In this document: one piece after another, positions 26,527-34,286 of the stretch
Numbering within the stretch: the stretch's first letter is position 1
Layout of the letters: every line of letters begins with the position of its first letter
DNA from: Bdellovibrionota bacterium
Lineage (GTDB): Bacteria; Bdellovibrionota_C; UBA2361
DNA length: 35,077 nt
Reading direction: 5' to 3'
NCBI GenBank assembly: GCA_044352465.1
Contig: JBILDU010000023.1
Span: 1 to 35,077 of the forward strand
The notes under the pieces: generated by a model
Database searches by the model: none
The model's input: the letters and a program-made list of their open reading frames with translations, nothing else
What the model was told of the DNA's origin: nothing
Translations under genes and position numbers: made by a program

Positions 26527-28737
26527 ATGTCGCGACGCTCATGCGATAATGCCCGAGGAAGCCGCACTGCGCCGGTGCAGTCGAGCGGCGATCCGATCGC
26601 GCCGATCGTCGGCCTTATTCAGAACGGCGAGGAGCCGTGGTCGATCTACGGTGCGATCACCGAGTGTGCCACGGCGACGCCGGGGGTTCTGGGAGCCGCG
26701 CTCTACCTGCCGGATGAAACCGATCAGGGGGGTCAGATCGCCGTATCGACCGCGGGCCAATTTACTCCGAATCCCTCCCCCGTGGACGAAGGCGAGCGCT
26801 CGCCACGGGTGGCGATTCAGATGGCAACTAATATCGCCCGCCACTCGATCTCCGGGGACTACCATACCTTCGAGCTTGTGTGTCTTGGAGCACCAGTGGG
26901 TTCGCTCTCGGTCCTCACCGATCGTGAGTTATCACCGCTGGCTCTCGATAAGCTCGTCTCGCTGAGCCACTATGCGGCGATGGTGTTCGAACGCCAGCGG
27001 ATGTCGACTAATATCCAACATCTCTCCGACCGCCTCGAAGTGCTGAACGAGCTCAATCAGCTCATCGCTGGAAACGCGGGTCTCGGGAGAGTCGCCAAGA
27101 GCCTCGCCCGTGAGAGCGCATTTCGATTCACCGCCGATATCGCCGTCACGTTCCTCCTCGATGAGGCACGCGAATCCCTCCGGCCCCAAGGCTTTTTCGG
27201 TTGCACTGCCGAGCAGCTCCCCGAGGCTCTCAGAGTCTCCACCGGCCTCATCGCTCAGGCCATGCGGATCGGGGGGCAACTGTCGGCGAGTAATTTTAAG
27301 AAGTACCCCGACCACGGTCTTATTTTCGCTGAGCCCCTGGGGCTCCAATCGGTCGACCTCTGTTGCCTTGAGGCTCAGGGCGAACCGATGGGGGTGCTTC
27401 TCATCGGGTACCGCCGCGAAACCACGATGAATGCGAGCGAGCGGGTTCGCTTCGAAGAGTTTTGCCAAGGGGCTGGAGTCGCCATAGCCAACGCGCGAAA
27501 TCAGGCGCAACTGACGGCGTATACCGAACGCCTCGTCGAGCTCGTTGAATCTCGCACCGCCGATCTGGCGGTCCAAACAGCCCGGGCTGAGGAGGCGAAC
27601 GAGGCGAAATCACGCTTCCTCGCCAACATGAGCCACGAGCTCCGCACCCCGCTCACCGCGATTGTGGGATATTCAAGCGTTCTCGCCGATGGACTCTTTG
27701 GACCTCTCAACGACAAGCAACGGGACGGCCTCAATGCCATTACCCGCTCCAGCGAACACCTCAAGACCTTGATCGATGACGTGCTCAACCTCGCGCGTGT
27801 CGAATCCGGTAAAGAAGAGGCCGAGGCGTCGCGCGTTAGGGTTAAAGAGCTACTTCACTACGCTTTCAAGATGATGCAGCAGACGGCGGTCTCCAAAGGG
27901 GTGATCCTTCGACCACTCGAGATCCCCGCCGACCTCGAAGACTCAGCTGTGTTCGCTGATCAAAAGCATCTGCAGCAGATCATCATTAACCTTATGTCGA
28001 ACGCGGTGAAGTACACCCCACGAGGGGGCGAGGTCACCGTGACGGTGGATATCGTCGTTGATAAGATGCGCTTCTCCATCACCGATACCGGGGTAGGCAT
28101 CTCGCCCCAAAAGATGGCGAAGTTGTTCGAGCGTTTCGAGCGAGGCGAAGATACCTACAGTAAAGAGCAGGAAGGCACCGGTATCGGGCTGAACTTGACC
28201 CAACAGCTTATCGAACTGAACGGGGGACGAATCGGGGTTGAGAGCACCGTGGGGCAAGGATCGACCTTTTGGTTTATGATACCGCTTGCCGAAGGGGGTG
28301 CCCGCTCAACGGTTGAGCCCGAAACGAATATCGCAGCAGTTCGGCTCGACGGTCTCTCAATGCTGGTTGTTGACGACAATCTCGATACCTGCGAGGTGCT
28401 CAAACAGATCCTCCTTGCCGCCGGAGGGGACGTCCGGACGGCTCACTCGGTTAAAGAGGGTCTCGGGTCGATTGAGGTCGCACCACCCGACATCATCTTG
28501 ACCGACCTCGCTATTCCCGGCGAAAGTGGTCTGAGGCTTATTGAGCATGTACGCAATTCGCCGGGAGCTCTGGCGAGCCTGCCGATCATTGTGTTGAGTG
28601 CGTGCGCGTTTGAAAGAGATAAAGAGTCGGCGCTTCACGCCGGCGCGTCTCTTTTCATACCGAAACCTTTTCGTCCGAGCGAAGTAGTACGAACGGTGCG
28701 GGAGCTGACCTTTTCGAATGCGCTTAGGAATGGCTAG
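26527..28737 (+). CDS. Cytoplasmic hybrid histidine kinase (GAF-like domains, HisKA, HATPase, receiver)
   Basis: 'AKSRFLANMSHELRTPL', 'NLMSNAVKYT', 'DTGVGI', 'GTGIGL', receiver 'VVDDN...LTDLAIP...LSA...KP'; no TM seen; GAGGT RBS before ATG 26527. Confidence 0.93.
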   Translation: MSRRSCDNARGSRTAPVQSSGDPIAPIVGLIQNGEEPWSIYGAITECATATPGVLGAALYLPDETDQGGQIAVSTAGQFTPNPSPVDEGERSPRVAIQMATNIARHSISGDYHTFELVCLGAPVGSLSVLTDRELSPLALDKLVSLSHYAAMVFERQRMSTNIQHLSDRLEVLNELNQLIAGNAGLGRVAKSLARESAFRFTADIAVTFLLDEARESLRPQGFFGCTAEQLPEALRVSTGLIAQAMRIGGQLSASNFKKYPDHGLIFAEPLGLQSVDLCCLEAQGEPMGVLLIGYRRETTMNASERVRFEEFCQGAGVAIANARNQAQLTAYTERLVELVESRTADLAVQTARAEEANEAKSRFLANMSHELRTPLTAIVGYSSVLADGLFGPLNDKQRDGLNAITRSSEHLKTLIDDVLNLARVESGKEEAEASRVRVKELLHYAFKMMQQTAVSKGVILRPLEIPADLEDSAVFADQKHLQQIIINLMSNAVKYTPRGGEVTVTVDIVVDKMRFSITDTGVGISPQKMAKLFERFERGEDTYSKEQEGTGIGLNLTQQLIELNGGRIGVESTVGQGSTFWFMIPLAEGGARSTVEPETNIAAVRLDGLSMLVVDDNLDTCEVLKQILLAAGGDVRTAHSVKEGLGSIEVAPPDIILTDLAIPGESGLRLIEHVRNSPGALASLPIIVLSACAFERDKESALHAGASLFIPKPFRPSEVVRTVRELTFSNALRNG

Positions 28738-28784
28738 CGCGGTGACCGCTCTGCTGAAGCGGTGCTCACACGAAGGAACGTGGC

Positions 28785-30293
28785 ATGATGACATCTCCTC
28801 CCACTCCAAACACCGACCTTCTTGATACATCAGGCAAACCGCTTACCCCGGAGCAATTTCTCGAAAAGCTTCGCGGCGCTCTGAGACAAGACGGCGATTT
28901 TCCTGCCAACGCACGAATTGTCGGGGAACTGCGTACCCTTGCAAACGATCCCCGCACCACCGCGAACCAACTCACCGAGTTGATTCTGCGCGAACCAACC
29001 CTCGGTGCTCGAGTGCTCCATCTCGTGAACAGCTCGTTCTATCGCCGCAGCAAACCGGTCATGACGGTAAGCCAAGCGGTAATTCAGATCGGGATGAAAG
29101 CACTCATCGATCTGTGTGCTGGGCTGGTACTCCTCCAGAAATTCGTGGGGCCTGCTCGTCGGGGTGGACCGTTCGCTACCTGCCTGCAGCAGTCGGTGAT
29201 TACCTCACTCCTCACGAGCTCTTTCGCCAAGACACTGGGGCCCCAGCGGCCCTCGACGACGGTCGAGGAAGGGGGCTACCTAGCTGGCCTCCTCGCCGAG
29301 ATCGGTCCCCTCCTGGTGGCGTATTACTTTCCACAGGTCTACGACCGCGCGCTCAAGCGCGCTGAAGCGAAAGGGCTCTCGCTTAGCCAGAGCCTCTCGG
29401 AAATGATCGGCCTCTCGCGTACCGAGTTAAGCATCGAGGTGATTCGCGCACTGGAGCTACCCGACCTCTACGCTGAGGTCATCGCTGCAGCTGACAAGCC
29501 CCAACCGATGAGCAAAGAGCGGGGGCTCGTCGCCGAGCAACTTTCGATCCTCCGAACCGGCAACGCCCTGTTCGCGGCCAAAGCGATCTCCGAATCGATC
29601 GCCTCAAATCGTGGCGCGATGGATCTCGACAACCAGATCAGTAAGATTACCCGTGTGCTCGGCATCGAGGCGAAGACACTCGCGGTCACGGTCGGAGAGC
29701 TCCCCTCCGTATTTGCGAAGCACTGTGCCACCGTTGAAGTAAGCCTACCGACCCTCCCCGATTTCATCGGTCGATATGCCTCCCCCGACGCGGTGGCCGC
29801 CCAGCCTGATGGCAGCGCCAACGAGGATCGCTTTAACCGGTTTGTTGAAGAGATTCGGGAGGCCGTAGCCTCCCGTGAACCCCCTGCCTCGATTATCACG
29901 ACGGTGATGGAGACGGTGGCTGGTGGACTCGACTTCGAGCGGGTGCTCCTCCTGCTGCTGAGCCCCGGTAAAAAAACCCTCGTCGGCCGGATGACGCTCG
30001 GCAATATAGCTAAATTCGATCCAAAGACGATGCAACGCTCGATCGAGGAAGGGGTCCGGGGCGGAACGCCGGATGGACTAGCGTTCGCAAAGGGGCGGCC
30101 GATCTACCGCGGGGATCCCCTGCTTCCCGATGGCTGGCCGCTTGTCGCCATCCCCGTAGGTCTCGGCACACGCTGTATCGGAGTTATTTACGCCGACCGA
30201 ATCAACTCAAAGAGCGAGCTCACCCCACGGGATGAAGCGAGTATCGGACTCCTCGTTGATCTACTGGACCGCGCGCTGACAGGACGCGGGTAG
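28785..30293 (+). CDS. HDOD domain protein with C-terminal GAF-like domain
   Basis: 'ILREPTLGARVLHLVNSSFY...TVSQAVIQIG', degenerate 'AGLLAEIG'; C-terminal 'LDFERVLLLL' and 'AIPV....CIGVIYAD'. Confidence 0.88.
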   Translation: MMTSPPTPNTDLLDTSGKPLTPEQFLEKLRGALRQDGDFPANARIVGELRTLANDPRTTANQLTELILREPTLGARVLHLVNSSFYRRSKPVMTVSQAVIQIGMKALIDLCAGLVLLQKFVGPARRGGPFATCLQQSVITSLLTSSFAKTLGPQRPSTTVEEGGYLAGLLAEIGPLLVAYYFPQVYDRALKRAEAKGLSLSQSLSEMIGLSRTELSIEVIRALELPDLYAEVIAAADKPQPMSKERGLVAEQLSILRTGNALFAAKAISESIASNRGAMDLDNQISKITRVLGIEAKTLAVTVGELPSVFAKHCATVEVSLPTLPDFIGRYASPDAVAAQPDGSANEDRFNRFVEEIREAVASREPPASIITTVMETVAGGLDFERVLLLLLSPGKKTLVGRMTLGNIAKFDPKTMQRSIEEGVRGGTPDGLAFAKGRPIYRGDPLLPDGWPLVAIPVGLGTRCIGVIYADRINSKSELTPRDEASIGLLVDLLDRALTGRG

Positions 30294-30441
30294 CGATTTT
30301 CACCGCCCGGCTCACCCCGAGAAGCCACAAAGGTGAGAAACACTCCGCCGGGATACCAGCTAAGAACATCGTGCTGGAGAGCCGCGCCAGACCGGCCACA
30401 CGGTGTTGCACCGAACTGCCGGGTGTACCATAGTAGACGCG

Positions 30442-31095
30442 ATGTACGAGTGGATTCTCGCCCAAGACGGCGTTTATATTTATATCGCTCTCTTTTTTAT
30501 GCTCATGGGCGGAGCCATCGGGTTACCTATCCCGGAGGATCTTCCCCTCATCTTCGGCGGAATATTGATTCAGCTCGGCAAGAGCAGTCCCGAGCTTATC
30601 TTCATCGTTTGCTATAGCGGTATCATCATCGGCGACGTGCTGATATACACATTCGGTCGGTGGCTCGGGCCCTCGGTATTTAAGCGGAAGGTATTCCAAA
30701 CTCCCCGCGCCCGATATCGACTGAAACGCATACGGCTCAGCATGGAACGAAGTAGCGTGCCGATGATCTTTGTTGCGCGTCACCTCTTCTACCTCCGCAC
30801 CCTCACCTTCCTTTCATGTGGGGCGTTGCGGATGCGATTCTCCACCTTCTTGGCAGCGGACGCAGTGGCAGCGCTAATCAGCGCCCCCCTCATGCTTGCA
30901 CTCGGGTACTTCGCCTCAGAGCATTTCGAAACCGTCATCGAATGGCTTCACCAAGCCAAGATCTACTCGATCTTCATCGGCGTGATTATCGCTATCGTCG
31001 GGTTTGTGATGTACCGGCGCAGCTGTCGGAACGAAGATAAAGACATGGCCGCAGAAGAGAGCGCGTCGCCCAAGGAAAGTCATCCGGGGACCTGA
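30442..31095 (+). CDS. dedA: DedA-family membrane protein
   Basis: 'IGLPIPEDLPLIFGG', 'GD...YTFGR', 'IFVARHLFYLRT', 'M.FSTFLAAD', 'LGY'. Confidence 0.9.
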   Translation: MYEWILAQDGVYIYIALFFMLMGGAIGLPIPEDLPLIFGGILIQLGKSSPELIFIVCYSGIIIGDVLIYTFGRWLGPSVFKRKVFQTPRARYRLKRIRLSMERSSVPMIFVARHLFYLRTLTFLSCGALRMRFSTFLAADAVAALISAPLMLALGYFASEHFETVIEWLHQAKIYSIFIGVIIAIVGFVMYRRSCRNEDKDMAAEESASPKESHPGT

Positions 31096-31142
31096 GAGCT
31101 CAGCATACACGCTTTGTGGTTTTTTATCCTCGTGCTGACTAC

Positions 31143-31532
31143 TTAGTGCAGACTATCGGTGACGGTATTTATCAAGAGGTCTCGCAGCGCTAATCCGAGC
31201 GAATGCCGGAGTGACGCAGCCCGTGACTCAATCGGACCGATCCGCGACTGAATAACCGTCTTATAAACCATCATCGAATCGGTCAATTCGAGCCCCGCAT
31301 GAAAGAGTATCGTCTGACGGGCTTCGAACTGATGAATTATCTGCTCCACCGTAGGAAGCCACAGATACACCTCGCGCAACTCCCGCGGTGTCATGCCGTG
31401 AGGGTCGACGAGAATTGAGATAGCCGAGTCTTCCTTTCGGTCAGAGATCTCGTCTCCAATTTCGGGCTGCCAAATGAGTCCGGCAACCTCAAGATCATGG
31501 GCGATTTGAAGAAACGGTAGCGGCTTCATCAT
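31143..31532 (-). CDS. Hypothetical protein (129 aa) with AGLxWxPxxGD and WLPxxxQ motifs
   Basis: Clean ORF with protein-like composition; preceded by a sigma-28-like promoter. Confidence 0.8.
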   Translation of the reverse strand: MMKPLPFLQIAHDLEVAGLIWQPEIGDEISDRKEDSAISILVDPHGMTPRELREVYLWLPTVEQIIHQFEARQTILFHAGLELTDSMMVYKTVIQSRIGPIESRAASLRHSLGLALRDLLINTVTDSLH

Positions 31533-31560
31533 TCTTTCGTTATCGGCTCTCTCAACTATA

Positions 31561-31587
31561 TTATCGGCGGAACAACCGAGAGCTTAA
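31561..31587 (-). promoter_or_regulatory. Putative sigma-28 (FliA) promoter
   Basis: Minus strand TTAA-N15-GCCGATAA (perfect -10); a second GCCGATAA at 31540-31547. Confidence 0.65.
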
Positions 31588-31602
31588 ACCCTCGCGCTCC
31601 GG

Positions 31603-31632
31603 ACCACATGGTTCAGAACCACATAGTTAAGA
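31603..31632 (+). repeat. 2 x 15 bp imperfect tandem duplication
   Basis: ACCACATGGTTCAGA / ACCACATAGTTAAGA, two mismatches. Confidence 0.7.
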
Positions 31633-31848
31633 TGCACCGACGCCGCTGAGGTATCCACGGAGGTTTTCATCGGGCGGTCGGAAACGGCACCGCGCCACCT
31701 GTGTATCATCAAGACCTTACCCACGAGAGCCTGCCCGCCTCGCGCCAGGTGATGAGTAAAAACGAACTCATGGAATTTCGGATTGCGGGGGTCTTCGCCG
31801 AACGATCGTTCTTTCTCCCCCCAGGAAGTTCAGCCGAGGGCCACCAGA

Positions 31849-32139
31849 TCACGAATTCGGATCATCCTGCGATGGCGCTGGAGTTTTTGGCATCTCAGCT
31901 TCCGGTAAAGCGATCTGCCACACGACGAGAGCCGCAGCAAAGCCAAGAAACGCTACGGTAAAAACGATCTTAAAGGCGAGTACGAGGACAACGCCAACAA
32001 CAAAAGCAGCCCCAGCAGCTCGCTCTGGATTAGCCTGTATCCAACTACGGGTATCGGCGTACGCCTCACGGGGAATGCGCTCCCATTCCTCGCGAGACTT
32101 TTTACGGATCGAACCGACAAATTTTTCGAGGATGTTCAT
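31849..32139 (-). CDS. Small membrane protein (96 aa), weak ElaB/YqjD (DUF883)-like segment
   Basis: 'WIQANPERAAGAAFVVGVVL' resembles the ElaB/YqjD 'V.ENP..A...A..VG' anchor; long hydrophobic stretch that could form two TMs. Confidence 0.7.
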   Translation of the reverse strand: MNILEKFVGSIRKKSREEWERIPREAYADTRSWIQANPERAAGAAFVVGVVLVLAFKIVFTVAFLGFAAALVVWQIALPEAEMPKTPAPSQDDPNS

Positions 32140-32178
32140 ATCTTCACACCGATACCCGTCGAACCGAAACCGCGCGAC

Positions 32179-32559
32179 CTACGCCGGCTTTGGCGACCAA
32201 GAATTACACCAGCCTTTTGCGGCAACGAGACCGTCAGGAAAGAGGATGCACTTCCCCCACTCCCCTTCCATCCCTTCGGCTTTGAGCCCACCTTGCTGGT
32301 AGAACATGCAGTTGTCGCAGAACTGCTTTTCTCCCTCTGCCCCTTTACGCTTGGGGAATTTCACGAGATCGGTCTTCGTCGCATCGTGAACGTAACCAAG
32401 GGCAGTTGCTTGACTCCCCGCTGGGTCAACCGGCTTGGTTGGGAGCGCTTGCGCCAGAGCTGGAGAACCGTCAAGCGTCCGCGCGATAACAGGAATCGCT
32501 GACAGGACGAGTAAGCCACGCTTACAAAACTCACGCCGCGAGGTAGATTTTTTATCCAT
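32179..32559 (-). CDS. hip: Tat-exported high-potential iron-sulfur protein (HiPIP)
   Basis: Tat motif 'SRREFCK', 'A.ALGY..DA', 'CDNCMFY', 'GKCILFP', 'V...GWCNSW' (four Cys ligands); GGAG RBS before ATG 32559. Confidence 0.93.
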   Translation of the reverse strand: MDKKSTSRREFCKRGLLVLSAIPVIARTLDGSPALAQALPTKPVDPAGSQATALGYVHDATKTDLVKFPKRKGAEGEKQFCDNCMFYQQGGLKAEGMEGEWGKCILFPDGLVAAKGWCNSWSPKPA

Positions 32560-32692
32560 ACGGAACTCCATCAAAAATAAGACCGCCGACAGTATACGGG
32601 GGACCGCTTCGAGGCGAAATAATATTGATCAAAACGCTCGAGGCAGCCCGGCTCCCGTTTGGCCTGACGAAACGCCGTTCGACAGCACCGCC

Positions 32693-33463
32693 CTACCAGT
32701 ACTTCTCCAGATGGAGATTCCCCGGGGTCTTTTTCGAATGAACGGTATAGCCGCGCGAGGTCAAAAGCTTCTCCATCCCCTCGATCATCGCCGGATTACC
32801 GCAGAGGAAGACGTTATCGCGCACCGCATCGAGTGCTACGAGACCGTTCTCAAAGAGACTCTGGACGTGCCCTTTGGCCCCAGCCCATCCCGCATCACGA
32901 CTCACCACTGGGTGGTAGGTGAGCCCCTTGCCCGAGGCGGCAAGACTCTCCAACTCCTCTCGGTATGCCAGATCGTGGGCGTGACGCACGCCGTGAACCA
33001 CGGTGATATGCCGTCCACCGGTCCACGTTGCCGGAGTTCGCACCATCGACATAAACGGAGCAAGCCCAGTTCCGGTCGAAACGAGAACCAGATTGCGATC
33101 GCCGGGAACGTGCTCGAGGGTAAAAGTACCGGTAATCTTCGGGGCTAAAAACACCCGATCACCCTCTCGAGTCAGCGCTAACCGAGAGGTCAAGCCCCCA
33201 TCGGGAACCACGGCTATATAAAACTCGAGGTAATCGCGCGTCAGGGGGCTCGAGCCGATAGAGTAAGCCCGCTTAATAATCTTGTCGGGCGCGTGGGCCT
33301 CCCGCTCCGGAGGGAAATTGCTCGGACGTTCGGCTGAGCCGAAGAGGCCCAAAGCCACGTATTGGCCCGGTCGAAAATCAGGTACCCCGCCATCTGGCTT
33401 GATCGACAAGATCATAAGCTCCGGGGTGACGTCGAGGCGTTTGACAATCGTGGCGTTTAGCAT
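32693..33463 (-). CDS. fpr: Ferredoxin/flavodoxin-NADP+ reductase (bacterial FPR)
   Basis: 'F.PGQY..LG', 'RAYSIGS', 'G.LTSRL', 'STGTGLAPF.SM', 'VHGVR', 'LCGNPAMI', C-terminal 'EKYW'. Confidence 0.95.
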   Translation of the reverse strand: MLNATIVKRLDVTPELMILSIKPDGGVPDFRPGQYVALGLFGSAERPSNFPPEREAHAPDKIIKRAYSIGSSPLTRDYLEFYIAVVPDGGLTSRLALTREGDRVFLAPKITGTFTLEHVPGDRNLVLVSTGTGLAPFMSMVRTPATWTGGRHITVVHGVRHAHDLAYREELESLAASGKGLTYHPVVSRDAGWAGAKGHVQSLFENGLVALDAVRDNVFLCGNPAMIEGMEKLLTSRGYTVHSKKTPGNLHLEKYW

Positions 33464-33581
33464 AGGACTATTTTATAACGTAGGTATTTTGATGGTTATC
33501 GCCCATGCGGGCCGCTGGTCGGTTATGAATCGCCCTGAATCTCCAGCCCCCTCATTCGTTCAGATGCATGCATGGGGCAGG

Positions 33582-33611
33582 GAAGAATCATTAAACGAAG
33601 AATCATTAAAC
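33582..33611 (+). repeat. Perfect 2 x 15 bp tandem duplication between fpr and trmL
   Basis: GAAGAATCATTAAAC x2. Confidence 0.95.
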
Positions 33612-33697
33612 GCGGCACGCGCGGGTTTGCGAAGCTTTGTTTTGCTAACCCTGCTGCGCCAGCATATAAAAACCCCGAAAGAGAATAAAGAGCCCCT

Positions 33698-34165
33698 ATG
33701 GATGTTGTTCTTGTTAACCCACAGATCCCCCAAAATACGGGCTCGATAGCGCGCACGTGCGCCGCCACCCAAACCCCGCTACACCTCGTCGGGAAACTGG
33801 GATTCGATCTTTCCGAAAAAGCCGTGCGACGCGCCGGGCTCGACTATTGGCCCCATGTCCCGTTGACCCGACATCAATCGTGGGAGGAATACCTGGCGGC
33901 GCGATACCCGAAGAACGTGTGGCTTCTCTCCAAGTTCGGCGAGCGCGTCTACCATACCGCCCCATTTGAGGCGGACGATGCGATCGTCTTCGGAAGCGAG
34001 ACCAAGGGGCTGGGCGAGGAGTTTCTCAGCCGGTACCCTGCCTCGCAGATTTTAAAGATCCCAATCGTATGCGAGCAGGTACGGAGCCTCAACCTCAGTA
34101 ACGCCGTCAGCATCGTTCTCTACGAGGCCCGCCGTCAACTCAAGCTCGACGTACCACCAGAGTGA
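33698..34165 (+). CDS. trmL: tRNA (cytidine/uridine-34-2'-O)-methyltransferase TrmL
   Basis: 'PQIPQNTGSIARTC', 'RRAGLDYW', 'FGSETKGL', 'VRSLNLSN'. Confidence 0.97.
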   Translation: MDVVLVNPQIPQNTGSIARTCAATQTPLHLVGKLGFDLSEKAVRRAGLDYWPHVPLTRHQSWEEYLAARYPKNVWLLSKFGERVYHTAPFEADDAIVFGSETKGLGEEFLSRYPASQILKIPIVCEQVRSLNLSNAVSIVLYEARRQLKLDVPPE

Positions 34166-34182
34166 CTTCCAGAGTGACTTCC
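34157..34182 (+). repeat. Perfect 2 x 12 bp duplication spanning the trmL stop codon
   Basis: CCAGAGTGACTT x2 followed by CC. Confidence 0.9.
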
Positions 34183-34286
34183 GCGAATCCCGCCGCAGCT
34201 AGTTGACGGCTCTGGGGCCCGACAAAAAAAGTGCGCCACACGAAGATCGGCGTGTTCGACGACCACTCTTGTGTTCTAATCGCTTT

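Noticed and set aside
31701..31961. 86-aa plus-strand ORF, and the ATGAGT-N8-ACTCAT palindrome at 31752-31771
   Set aside because: The ORF overlaps the better-supported minus-strand membrane gene and lacks an RBS; 6-bp arms are within chance expectation
32618..32631. FNR box upstream of hip (TTGAT-N4-ATTAT, minus strand)
   Set aside because: Two mismatches in the second half-site; too weak to call
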